From Candidatus Poribacteria bacterium (GTDB lineage Bacteria > Poribacteria > WGA-4E > WGA-3G): DNA of 64,000 nucleotides. Every line of letters begins with the position of its first letter. Positions within the stretch are counted from its first letter, which is position 1. The position numbers were made by a program, and so were the translations under genes. The notes under the pieces were generated by a model, which saw only the letters and a program-made list of their open reading frames with translations, was not told the origin of the DNA and did no database searches. The stretch lies in assembly GCA_965198235.1 (NCBI GenBank), contig OZ240248.1:4768001-4832000 (forward strand), read 5' to 3'. Below are positions 10,589 to 20,132 of this stretch, piece after piece.

Positions 10589-10841
10589 GAAAAACCGCAA
10601 ATTCGGTAGAGCCTATTGATGTTGGGCTTTCCGCTGCTTTTAAGCAGTGCGTCATAACCTGACGGTTGCCTCATATACTATGAAGTACACGATTTCGCGC
10701 GCCAACTTACGATACAGATTAACGGCTCTGGCAAGTTCGGGAGAGTCCCTCGCAGGCTCCCCGTATGGAAAAGGAATGCTCGCGCAGGAACGCGAATGGT
10801 TAACGTCACCTTCCTGAAAAGGGACAAGACCGCAGGAGCAT

Positions 10842-11804
10842 ATGATGCCTACAGGACGGATTAAGTACTACAATTTCGATAAAGGCTTCGGATTTATTGC
10901 GCAAGATAGTAGTGATGCGGATGTCTTCTTACATAGTTCTGCTATTAAGCAGCCCGAATACGAAGAACTCCGTGTCGGACAGCGCGTAAAGTACAGCATT
11001 ATTGAAGGTGAGAAAGGGCTCGTTGCCCAAAACGTCGAAGTATTGTTGACACCGACGGAACGCCGATGGCTACGGCAAGGAAAGGCAATTATTCCGAGAG
11101 GTTACGCTGGCTTTCCGGGTCAGGGTCAGGGCCAATTTATCAGTGATGAGGCAATGCCTGCCTCTAATTATGGTGCCGACAAATCAAAGCCGATTCGGAA
11201 TCGCCGTGACCATGATACATCTGTAGCACCTTCGGGCCCGACAGCAAAACCAGCACGCAATCAACGTCACTCGGCGACGGATTTTAACGATTCCGCAGCA
11301 CCAACACAAGAGGCACAAGACCCGTCTTCAAAGCAACTCAGTTTTGGTGATCTTTATATCCTTAAGCAGATTAATTTTGAAACATCCATGTTTTTTGCGT
11401 TGTATACTCACGTACAACTGCCTGCTACCGTCCTTGAAATGACGCTCTCCAGTTTGACACTCAATAGTAATGAGGGCGAGCAGCAGATCGCTAAAACGGA
11501 TGTTAAATACTGTTATAAAGACATTGATGCAGAGAAAGTTCAAGCATCCGTTGATATCGATGATGCTGTGAAGGCGCAGCAGTTGACACAACTAACCGCT
11601 GATGTGCAAGCCCCAGAGATTGATACCGAAGCCGTTCAGCACGCCCGAAAAAATGGAACCTCGATTGAGGTTATACTCCGTGAGGGAGAGATCTTTCGTG
11701 GCGTTATAGACTGGGTCAGTCCTTATGAGATTAAGCTCATTTTAGATAACGGCTCAAAGGTTGTTATCTTCCGGCATGCTGTGTACAGCCTTGCCATAGA
11801 TTAG
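10842..11804 (+). CDS. Cold-shock domain fused to C-terminal Sm/Hfq-like domain(s)
   Basis: aa 1-68 form a CSD with RNP1 KGFGFI and RNP2 VFLH. aa 262-318 align by eye to Hfq, with an Sm2-like FRHAV. aa 166-226 may be a second, divergent Sm fold. Confidence 0.75.
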   Translation: MMPTGRIKYYNFDKGFGFIAQDSSDADVFLHSSAIKQPEYEELRVGQRVKYSIIEGEKGLVAQNVEVLLTPTERRWLRQGKAIIPRGYAGFPGQGQGQFISDEAMPASNYGADKSKPIRNRRDHDTSVAPSGPTAKPARNQRHSATDFNDSAAPTQEAQDPSSKQLSFGDLYILKQINFETSMFFALYTHVQLPATVLEMTLSSLTLNSNEGEQQIAKTDVKYCYKDIDAEKVQASVDIDDAVKAQQLTQLTADVQAPEIDTEAVQHARKNGTSIEVILREGEIFRGVIDWVSPYEIKLILDNGSKVVIFRHAVYSLAID

Positions 11805-11812
11805 GTGCGACC

Positions 11813-12382
11813 ATGAAAGCGTATCACGAACTCCTTGATGAGATTCAGCGCGATGTCGAACGTTTGCGTGAAGAATCGGGGGGTGTGCCGTGCCCATCTA
11901 ACTGCTTTTCCTGCTGCCGAAACACCGCAACTATGGCGATAAGTGAGGTCGAGGCTCGCGACTTAAAGGTCGGATTGGAAGCACTTCCTGTTGAAATCCG
12001 ATCACATATTCGTCGGAAAGCGGAACAGAGCATCAGAAAATTGGAGACGCACGGCTATGACGCTGAAAATATAATGCCGGATGCTGGCATGGAAGCCATT
12101 GGGGTCATAAAAGGCACACCCGAAGGCGAATGCCCTATGCTAATCGGTGGAGTCTGTAGTGTTTACGAACACCGTCCGGTCATCTGCCGTGTCTGGGGAT
12201 ATCCGATTCATAGTGGCAACGAATTAGCCTGTTGTCACAAAACTTTCATTGGGAAACGTCGCCGCTTCCGCCCGCTCAGTTACGATCACTATTGGAAAGT
12301 GTGTCAGGACCTTAGCACAGAGTTAGGTGCAACTCGGAAGACCCCCAACTGCTATCTCGTCTCGCGATTGTTATCGGGATAA
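11813..12382 (+). CDS. YkgJ-family cysteine-cluster (CxxxCxxCC) protein
   Basis: 'CPSNCFSCC', 'CPML...CSVYEHRPVICR'. Confidence 0.85.
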   Translation: MKAYHELLDEIQRDVERLREESGGVPCPSNCFSCCRNTATMAISEVEARDLKVGLEALPVEIRSHIRRKAEQSIRKLETHGYDAENIMPDAGMEAIGVIKGTPEGECPMLIGGVCSVYEHRPVICRVWGYPIHSGNELACCHKTFIGKRRRFRPLSYDHYWKVCQDLSTELGATRKTPNCYLVSRLLSG

Positions 12383-12466
12383 CGCAAAACATGGCTTTTA
12401 CACTTCTCTCGTTGGTGAGGTCTTGACTTCACCTTTTTTAAATTCACAACACGCCTGAAATAAAGC

Positions 12467-12784
12467 CTAAATTTCAGGTCCGCTTTCACTCAACTCACGC
12501 AAAAACTCAAACGTATAAATTCCGGTACGATGTCCATCGTTCCATACCAATCTCACGGCGTAGTGTCCGACGCGCTGAATGTCCACAAGTTGTAGGTTTT
12601 CAAAAAAATTGTCAGAGGGTAGGATGTGAAAAGGATCTTTTCCTAATCGCGTGGCATCACAACGGGCACAAGGGCATTTTTGTCGGAGGGTGCGGTAGGA
12701 CAACTCGCTGTGATGTGAATCTTTCCATTGGATTTCCAAACTCGCACTGCTTCTTTCAATACGAGTCGGTTGGAATTTCTGCAT
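12467..12784 (-). CDS. DUF971 / GBBH-like N-terminal domain protein
   Basis: 'LRQKCPCARC', 'VGHYAVRLVWNDGHRTGIY'. Confidence 0.85.
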   Translation of the reverse strand: MQKFQPTRIERSSASLEIQWKDSHHSELSYRTLRQKCPCARCDATRLGKDPFHILPSDNFFENLQLVDIQRVGHYAVRLVWNDGHRTGIYTFEFLRELSESGPEI

Positions 12785-12816
12785 GATGACTTCTCAAAAA
12801 GGATGCTTTCTGTTTA

Positions 12817-12874
12817 GAAAAAAACGGTTGCTAATTTGTGCGACCGAAGGCAGTCTCGCAAATCAGCAACCGTT
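12817..12874 (-). terminator. Intrinsic terminator after ferredoxin
   Basis: Stem aacggttgctgatttg...caaattagcaaccgtt with a ccttcgg loop, followed by a T run on the minus strand. Confidence 0.7.
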
Positions 12875-12911
12875 CAATAAGTTGCGATTGAAGGATTATT
12901 CTTACTATCCG

Positions 12912-13169
12912 TTATTCAAAGTACTCCGCATTGATCTCAATGAACTCTTCCCATTCTTCGGGAACATCTTCTTCCATGAAGATGGCTTCGACGGGGCATT
13001 CGGGTTCACATACACCACAATCGATGCACTCTTCCGGGTCGATGTAGAGTTGATTGACTTCTTCAAACTCATCGGCATCGGGTAGGGGGTGAATGCAGTC
13101 CACTGGGCATACATCAACGCATGAACTGTCCTTAAGATCGATACATGGTTCACAAATCACATACGTCAT
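12912..13169 (-). CDS. Ferredoxin (7Fe/dicluster FdxA-like)
   Basis: 'MTYVICEPC...CVDVCPVDC...CIDCGVCEPECP'. Confidence 0.92.
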   Translation of the reverse strand: MTYVICEPCIDLKDSSCVDVCPVDCIHPLPDADEFEEVNQLYIDPEECIDCGVCEPECPVEAIFMEEDVPEEWEEFIEINAEYFE

Positions 13170-13342
13170 GTTAGAAAACTCCTTTCCACTTGATTTACAA
13201 TAAGAGCCTCCATATCACACGGGGTGTAACTCCACTTAACGGACGAGGTTAGTCCCTATTTTGATGAAGGCGTTACAAAAATATCGTCGTATGTGGCATT
13301 TTTTTTACATTGTCTGCTGAGTTGCAATCAGGGGACAGTATA

Positions 13343-13371
13343 ATAATACCACATGCAATTTGTTTTGTCAA
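13343..13371 (-). promoter_or_regulatory. Sigma70 promoter for ferredoxin
   Basis: Minus strand TTGACA-17 nt-TATTAT with an extended TG. Confidence 0.55.
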
Positions 13372-13444
13372 GTTATATTTGCAACAACACAGAAACATTC
13401 AGTTTTCAGCAAACAGCAGTCAGTAATGTCAGTATAGAAAAAAA

Positions 13445-13473
13445 TTGACAATTCTAAATTTTTGTGGTAATAT
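13445..13473 (+). promoter_or_regulatory. Sigma70 promoter for recJ-rel
   Basis: TTGACA-17 nt-TAATAT with an extended TG. Confidence 0.55.
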
Positions 13474-13552
13474 ATCCATAGTCGAAAAGGTGTTGCTTGC
13501 AAGCCCTGTATTGCAAAGCGCGGGTTTTCCATCTTAACAATAAAGGTGCGTT

Positions 13553-16129
13553 ATGAGAAAACCTTCTCACAAAAAGTGGCGATTTGGAAATTCGGATTTT
13601 GATAGCAGTTTAGTATTGGCATCCGAAGTAGGTATCTCTCCGTTTGCTGCACAACTGCTCATCAATCGAGGGATAAAAGCTGCTGCTGAAGCACGATCCT
13701 ACCTTTACCCAACTCTTGATGAACTGCACTCTCCTTTTAAATTAGCAGGTATGGATAAAGCTGTAGAACGGATACACAAGGCGATCTCTCGCGGTGAGAA
13801 AATCTGTATCTATGGCGATTATGACACTGATGGCACTACCGCGACGGCATTACTACTCAACACATTCCGCCAGATGGGTGTCCTCGTTGACTACTATATC
13901 CCGAATCGGTTTGGAGAAGGTTACGGGTTAAGCGAGGCCACTGTAGAAAAGATCCACCAGAAAAACAAAGCGAAGTTACTTATTACTGTAGACTGTGGTA
14001 TCACCTCGGTTAAAGAGGTCGCGTTGGCGAATAAACTCGGCATGGATGTTATTGTCACGGATCACCACCAGCCAGAGGAAGAACAGCCACCAGCATACGC
14101 CCTGATTTCACCTAAGATTTCGGGGAATGAATACCCTTACACCGAACTCGCAGGTGTCGGTTTAGCCTTCAAATTAGCACAAGGGTTAATTGACGATAAA
14201 GCATTTCTTGAGTCGCTTCTTGATTTGGTGGCGTTGGGTACCGTCGTAGATATGGCATCGCTGACTGGAGAGAATCGCATTTTGAGCCGCTTGGGATTAG
14301 CAGAACTTGACAAACGCGAACGGCCCGGGGTTCATGCTTTGTGCGAAGCAGCCGGTCACAAAATTGACACACCGCTTGATGGATACGCTCTCTCTTTTAA
14401 GTTGGGACCCCGTATCAATGCCGCTGGACGGATGGACACCGCACACAAAGTGGTCGATCTTTTCACCACCGATTCCGAGGATGTCGCAACTCGGATTGCC
14501 TCTGAACTCAATCAGGCAAATCAGAGGCGACAAGAGTTGGAAAAACAGATTCAAGACCAAGCATTGGAGATAATTGAAAAGGAGATAGATGATGATACCG
14601 TGGGGATTGTTGCTGCCAGCGACAAGTGGAACGAAAAAGCACAAGGGGTGGTCGGTATCGTTGCCGCCCGTTTGATGCAAACCTTCTACAAGCCTGCCGT
14701 TGTCCTTGCAATTGACGGCGATGAGGCTACTGGATCTGGACGTTGTATCGAAGGCATGAACCTTGCTAATAGTTTTGTCGCCTGTACCGAATTGCTTGTG
14801 AAACACGGTGGACACGCAGCAGCGGCAGGGTTAACGCTCAAAACTAAAAATATTCCCAAATTCAGGAAGGCTTTCAACGAATACGCCTGTGAGCATCTGA
14901 CAGAGGAAGCATTGCAACCGAAACTCGACCTTGAGTTTGAAACGCGTTTCTCACTTTTGACGTTAGAGACGCTAAAAGAGCTTGAGCAATTTGAACCCTT
15001 TGGAAAGGATAATCCATCACCGCATTTTGGTACACGACGCGTCAAAGTTAATGGTGTACCCACCCAAATGGGAAAAGAGAAAAACCACCTGCGAATGTTT
15101 GTGAGCGATGGCACAGTGAAACGACGCGCGATTGACTGGGGAGCAGGTGACAAACTTATCACTTTCAGACGCCCCAATATGTCACTCAATATCGCCTTTT
15201 CACCGCAAATCAACGAATGGCAAGGGACCCGTTCCGTACAACTTATTCTTGAAGATTGGGAGATCCACTCCGAAGGCAGAGACATGAACTGGGATGTATT
15301 TCCTAAACTCAGTGATGAATCTTCTGTGAAGCTTGTTGACAAACGGAATGTTAATAAAAAGAATTATCTTTTAAACTTGCTTGCGCGGGAGGAATCTTGT
15401 ATAATTTATGTACGAGACGCAGAGATGTTAGATCTCCTGCTCACAAAGCTCTTACCGGAGAACATTGAGGGGATTGCACGGCACAATGAAACGACATCAG
15501 AGGCAGAAGAAATAGCGTTATTGAAACAATTGGAAACTGGTGAGCTGCGGACACTCGCGTCGAGTAGCACTTTTTCAGGTCTGGAAGCGTTTCCTTTTGT
15601 TAAACACGTTGTTTTTTGCCATCTCGCACCGAGCCAAGACCTTTTTTTCAAACGGTGTGAATCTGCTTTTGCGACTACCGAGACCTCCTATCTGCATTTC
15701 ATCTATAGCGATACAGATGAAGCAGAGATGCACAATTGGATATCTAAAAAATATCCTACGGGTGACGAGTTGCGGCGACTTTACGGAAACATACGAGCGG
15801 TTATACAATCCAATGGCACAGAGGGATACCCTGAAGCAGAGATACTCAAGGGTGGATTGGGGATCCTGTCAGCAGTTCAAACTGGACTCACTATTTTTGA
15901 GGAATTGCAGTTCATTGAGCGGCGTGGGCAACCGGGCAGTAAACTCGTAAAATTCCTATCGGGTCAGAAAAGTGATTTGTCTCGTTCGCCGACCTATCTG
16001 AGAGGGGAATGGATTAAGCAGACGAGTCCTTCTTTTATAGAGTTTCAATTAAGAGAAAACATCGAATCTATGTGGGAGCGCATAGAACATGAGTATCAAA
16101 TCCTTAGTGAACCAAATTCAAGCATATAA
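13553..16129 (+). CDS. recJ: ssDNA-specific exonuclease RecJ with long C-terminal extension
   Basis: 'YGDYDTDG', 'TVDCG', 'TDHH', 'GGHAAAAG'. Confidence 0.95.
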   Translation: MRKPSHKKWRFGNSDFDSSLVLASEVGISPFAAQLLINRGIKAAAEARSYLYPTLDELHSPFKLAGMDKAVERIHKAISRGEKICIYGDYDTDGTTATALLLNTFRQMGVLVDYYIPNRFGEGYGLSEATVEKIHQKNKAKLLITVDCGITSVKEVALANKLGMDVIVTDHHQPEEEQPPAYALISPKISGNEYPYTELAGVGLAFKLAQGLIDDKAFLESLLDLVALGTVVDMASLTGENRILSRLGLAELDKRERPGVHALCEAAGHKIDTPLDGYALSFKLGPRINAAGRMDTAHKVVDLFTTDSEDVATRIASELNQANQRRQELEKQIQDQALEIIEKEIDDDTVGIVAASDKWNEKAQGVVGIVAARLMQTFYKPAVVLAIDGDEATGSGRCIEGMNLANSFVACTELLVKHGGHAAAAGLTLKTKNIPKFRKAFNEYACEHLTEEALQPKLDLEFETRFSLLTLETLKELEQFEPFGKDNPSPHFGTRRVKVNGVPTQMGKEKNHLRMFVSDGTVKRRAIDWGAGDKLITFRRPNMSLNIAFSPQINEWQGTRSVQLILEDWEIHSEGRDMNWDVFPKLSDESSVKLVDKRNVNKKNYLLNLLAREESCIIYVRDAEMLDLLLTKLLPENIEGIARHNETTSEAEEIALLKQLETGELRTLASSSTFSGLEAFPFVKHVVFCHLAPSQDLFFKRCESAFATTETSYLHFIYSDTDEAEMHNWISKKYPTGDELRRLYGNIRAVIQSNGTEGYPEAEILKGGLGILSAVQTGLTIFEELQFIERRGQPGSKLVKFLSGQKSDLSRSPTYLRGEWIKQTSPSFIEFQLRENIESMWERIEHEYQILSEPNSSI

Positions 16130-18296
16130 TCCGGATGCAGAGGTTGAACTTCTGGCGCGTTGCTACCGTTTCGCGCAAGAGGCGCATGAGGGGCAACAGC
16201 GAAAATCCGGGGAACCCTATTTTACGCATTGCGTCAAAACCGCTGGGATACTCGCAGAACTCCGGCTGGATACGCACACGATCTGTGCTGGACTCATGCA
16301 CGATGTCCTTGAAGATACAGGGATCACTCGCCAAGAAATGCAGGTGCGCTTCGGTGCCAACATTGCTAATCTCGTCGAAGGTGTCACAAAGATCGGTCAG
16401 TATAAACCGAGTGTTACCTCCCAAACCCCCGACCCTGCAAGCACAGTTGAGCACCGCGTCCACCGAAAACGCCAAGCGGAAACCTATCGGAAACTCCTGT
16501 TAGCAACAGCGGAAGACATGCGGGTAATCCTAATTAAACTCGCGGATCGACTTCATAATATGGAAACGCTGGGGTTTCTCTCCAGTGAGAAGTGCCAGAG
16601 AGTCGCAAAGGAAACGTTGGAAATTTATGCCCCGATCGCACACCGATTGGGGCTTTGGCGTATCATGGGACGCCTTGAAGACCTCGCGTTCAAGCATCTC
16701 TACCCTGTCGAATACCGAAAAATTGCCGACCTCCTAAATCAGAAGCTCGCTGAGCGAGAGGCGTACTGTGAGAAGATGGTCAAGCAGATTCGCGGAGAAC
16801 TCGAAAAACGGAATGTTTTTGCCGATGTCCACGGTAGAACGAAGCATATCTATAGTATCTACCAGAAGATGCAACAGAAGGGGACACCCTTCAGTGAAAT
16901 CCGAGATCTGATCGGTCTTCGAATCCTCGTCAAGACTGAGGCTGATTGCTACATCGCACTCGGCGCACTTCATCACAAATGGAATTACCATCCGGATCGA
17001 CTTCGAGATTGGATTGGACAGCCTAAGAAAAACGGGTACCAATCACTTCATACCACGATTCTTGATGACGGTAAACCTATTGAAATACAGATTCGCACGT
17101 ATCAAATGCATAAGATTGCTGAAGATGGCATTGCGGCACATTGGAGTTATAAGGAAGGGTTACCGACGAGCCAACAGGGACGTTCTATTTTCGCGAGCTA
17201 TAAGCAGATACTTGAGGACATACAGGAGACCCAGGATAGTCCCCATCATTTCGTGGAATCCATGAAATTGGAACTCTTCCAAGATGAAGTTTATATTTTT
17301 TCGCCGAAAGGAGATCTCTTTAAACTACCCGCTGGCGCGACGGCGACCGATTTTGCCTATAAAATTCATACAGATGTTGGGCATACATGTGTCGGAGCTG
17401 AGGTTAACGGTGCTGTTGCACCGATTCGACGTGTGCTTCAGAACGGCGACCAAGTCAATATTCGGACACAGCCGAATGGGAAACCGAGCCGGAGCTGGTT
17501 GTCGTATGTCAAAACCGCCACGGCACGGGGTAAAATCAATCACTGGTTTCGTGAAAAGGATAGGGCTGAAGCATTGGAGTTGGGCAAGAAATTTCTCACA
17601 GCGGAGTTACGTGTTTCCTATCTTAATTCCCGGGATTATCTCAATTCCCCGAAACTACTTGACATCGCCAAGCAACTCAAACTCAAAAATCTTGAGGAGC
17701 TTTTCGTCCGGATCGGTAATGGGGATGAATCCGCTACCCAGGTCGTTAATTTATTGAAACCTGAGGTACCGAACCCAGAGACAGAACCTCCGGAAGATGT
17801 TGACCGAAAGCGAAAACCCGAATCACCGCCGGCTGTCCAACTTGAAAACGATATAGACTTAGGTATGATACGAATTATGAAGTGCTGTAACCCGATCCCT
17901 GGGGACCAAGTCGTCGGTTATCTCACACGAGGACGCGGCGTGTCCGTCCATAGAGTCGGCTGTATCCGCATCCTTGATGAACCCGAACGACTCTTAACTG
18001 TCAAATGGAGCGAAAAACCTCTTTCTGAGAATGGGAGTCACCCGCCTCCTATCTATCCCGTCAAAATTCTCGTCGAGTGCAATGACCGACCCGGTATGCT
18101 TGGTGAAATCACGACTTCTATCGCACAATACAAAGTGAATATCCGCTCTGGAAAGTTTGAACCCTCCGCCGTCCACCATGATGCCGAAGCCTCTGATAAC
18201 CTGACTATAGATGTGACAGGTGCCGGGCAACTCGATGAAGTCCTGCAAGCGATTCGGGGCTTAAAAGGCGTACAGCGTGTCACCCGTAAGTCCTAA
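16089..18296 (+). CDS. rel: Bifunctional (p)ppGpp synthetase/hydrolase (Rel/SpoT family)
   Basis: 'RKSGEPY', intact HD motif 'HDVLED', 'KLADRLHN', 'NGYQSLHT', TGS and ACT domains. Overlaps recJ by 41 nt. Confidence 0.95.
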   Translation: MSIKSLVNQIQAYNPDAEVELLARCYRFAQEAHEGQQRKSGEPYFTHCVKTAGILAELRLDTHTICAGLMHDVLEDTGITRQEMQVRFGANIANLVEGVTKIGQYKPSVTSQTPDPASTVEHRVHRKRQAETYRKLLLATAEDMRVILIKLADRLHNMETLGFLSSEKCQRVAKETLEIYAPIAHRLGLWRIMGRLEDLAFKHLYPVEYRKIADLLNQKLAEREAYCEKMVKQIRGELEKRNVFADVHGRTKHIYSIYQKMQQKGTPFSEIRDLIGLRILVKTEADCYIALGALHHKWNYHPDRLRDWIGQPKKNGYQSLHTTILDDGKPIEIQIRTYQMHKIAEDGIAAHWSYKEGLPTSQQGRSIFASYKQILEDIQETQDSPHHFVESMKLELFQDEVYIFSPKGDLFKLPAGATATDFAYKIHTDVGHTCVGAEVNGAVAPIRRVLQNGDQVNIRTQPNGKPSRSWLSYVKTATARGKINHWFREKDRAEALELGKKFLTAELRVSYLNSRDYLNSPKLLDIAKQLKLKNLEELFVRIGNGDESATQVVNLLKPEVPNPETEPPEDVDRKRKPESPPAVQLENDIDLGMIRIMKCCNPIPGDQVVGYLTRGRGVSVHRVGCIRILDEPERLLTVKWSEKPLSENGSHPPPIYPVKILVECNDRPGMLGEITTSIAQYKVNIRSGKFEPSAVHHDAEASDNLTIDVTGAGQLDEVLQAIRGLKGVQRVTRKS

Positions 18297-18308
18297 ACTC
18301 ATTCCCTT

Positions 18309-18521
18309 CTATACCGGTGCTGGCATCCTCGAAATAACTTTGGCGACTTTTCCGCTCCGTAGACATTTTGTGCAAACGCGAACCCGTCTCGGTCCTTCCG
18401 CAGTTTGAACCCGGACCCGTTGAAGATTTGGCAACCAACGCCGCTTTGTATGCCGCCGTGATTTACTAATCTGGTTGCCTGCCATCGGACGTTTGCTACA
18501 GATCGTACAGACTCGTGACAT
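18309..18521 (-). CDS. rpmB: 50S ribosomal protein L28
   Basis: 'MSRVCTICSK...GNQIS...TKRRWLPNLQ...VCTKCLRSG'. Confidence 0.95.
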   Translation of the reverse strand: MSRVCTICSKRPMAGNQISKSRRHTKRRWLPNLQRVRVQTAEGPRRVRVCTKCLRSGKVAKVISRMPAPV

Positions 18522-18779
18522 TATGTCTGTCTCCTTCCTTCTTTTTCTCTAAAATGTTGGTAAAACCTAAACATTAATGATACCACAATTACAGAGGAAG
18601 TGCAAATTTCTTTACAGACCCAGACCGAAAATAGACATGATTTTTTTTCTTGTCTCTGGTATACTATATCCCTAAGATTTTGACTTCTATACTCCTGTTT
18701 CGCAACAGCGCGTTCACAAACCCCTGCAGATAGAGGAGGCATATTTTTTCCCGAAACGTTTAGTATTAAAATAGAAAAC

Positions 18780-20069
18780 ATGAAAGTTGCTTATATTACC
18801 GCAGGAGCTGCCGGAATGTACTGCGGAACCTGTATCCACGACAACATGGTAGCCACGGTCCTGAAAAAACAAGGACATAACGTTTCCCTGATTCCAACTT
18901 ATACCCCTACCCGAACAGATGAAGCAAATGTGAGCCTGGACCGCGTCTTTTTCGGTGGGATAAACGTCTATCTGCAACAGAAACTCTCTTTTTTTCGGCG
19001 GACACCGTGGACCTTAGACAAACTGCTCGACACTCCGGCACTATTGAATGGCTTGGCGCGATTTAGTAGCTCGACTGACGCTCAAGACCTTGGGCAACTT
19101 ACAGTCTCTATGCTCCGCGCAGAGCAGGGGCATCAAAGCAAGGAATTAGCGAAATTAGTCAAATGGCTCGCCGAAGAGAATAAACCCAATATTGTCTATC
19201 TCACGAATTCCATGCTTGTTGGTTTCACAAGAGAAATTAAAAAGGCGTTAAATGTACCGGTTATCTGCGCGCTCCAAGGCGAAGATATTTTTCTGCAAGA
19301 TCTTATCGAGCCTTACAGATCAGAGGCATTAGCCCTCCTCCGAGAACGTGCTATAGATCCAGATGGCTTTGTGGCACCTTGCGGCTACTATGCACAGTTT
19401 ATGGCAGATACTTACCTTGACATCCCCATTGATAAGATTGATGTGGTCCCGCTCGGATTAAACATGGATGGCCACGGCTTACCTGTCCAAAAACCGGAAC
19501 CACCACCCTTTATTATTGGCTATTTAGCGCGTATCTGTCCTGAAAAGGGGTTACACATCTTGGTGGACGCTTTCCATCTGGTAGCGGAAGCGTTAGGAGC
19601 GGATAACGTTCAATTGCATGTTGCTGGTTACCTCGGCAAGAAAGACGAACCCTATCTTGAGGAACTCGTGAACCAAATTCAGGCATGGGACTTGTCAGAC
19701 AGTTTTGTGTATCACGGCGAGGTGACGCGCACCCAAAAGATTGATTTCCTCAACCGTCTACATGTCTTTTCCGTTCCCACCGTTTACCGTGAATCCAAAG
19801 GGCTGTCGATTATAGAGTCCCTCGCCAATGGTGTGCCGGTCATTCAACCTCGACACGGCGCGTTTCCAGAGATGATCGGTGCTACTGACGGTGGAATCCT
19901 TGTTGAACCGGAATCCCCTGAATCAGTGGCGGCAGGAATCATCGAACTCCTTAACGATACCGAACGACGTGAATACCTCGGAGAAATCGGAAAAATTAAT
20001 GTGCATCAGAAGTTTAGTGATACAATCATTGCAGAACAACTTTTGAAGGTGTTTGAAAAGTATACCTAA
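18780..20069 (+). CDS. Glycosyltransferase family 4
   Basis: 'ARICPEKG', 'ESKGLSIIES' (ExxGxxxxE motif). Confidence 0.85.
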   Translation: MKVAYITAGAAGMYCGTCIHDNMVATVLKKQGHNVSLIPTYTPTRTDEANVSLDRVFFGGINVYLQQKLSFFRRTPWTLDKLLDTPALLNGLARFSSSTDAQDLGQLTVSMLRAEQGHQSKELAKLVKWLAEENKPNIVYLTNSMLVGFTREIKKALNVPVICALQGEDIFLQDLIEPYRSEALALLRERAIDPDGFVAPCGYYAQFMADTYLDIPIDKIDVVPLGLNMDGHGLPVQKPEPPPFIIGYLARICPEKGLHILVDAFHLVAEALGADNVQLHVAGYLGKKDEPYLEELVNQIQAWDLSDSFVYHGEVTRTQKIDFLNRLHVFSVPTVYRESKGLSIIESLANGVPVIQPRHGAFPEMIGATDGGILVEPESPESVAAGIIELLNDTERREYLGEIGKINVHQKFSDTIIAEQLLKVFEKYT

Positions 20070-20132
20070 TGTTTCAATTGCTGGCGCGCTTTGGAAGTGC
20101 TCTCGCCACAACAATCAAGAAGGAAATGGATT

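Noticed and set aside
10671-10678. Match of the orphan guide seed (tcatatac) in the CSD-Hfq leader
   Set aside because: The match is only 8 nt, which is expected by chance in 64 kb, and no similar TAM is adjacent.
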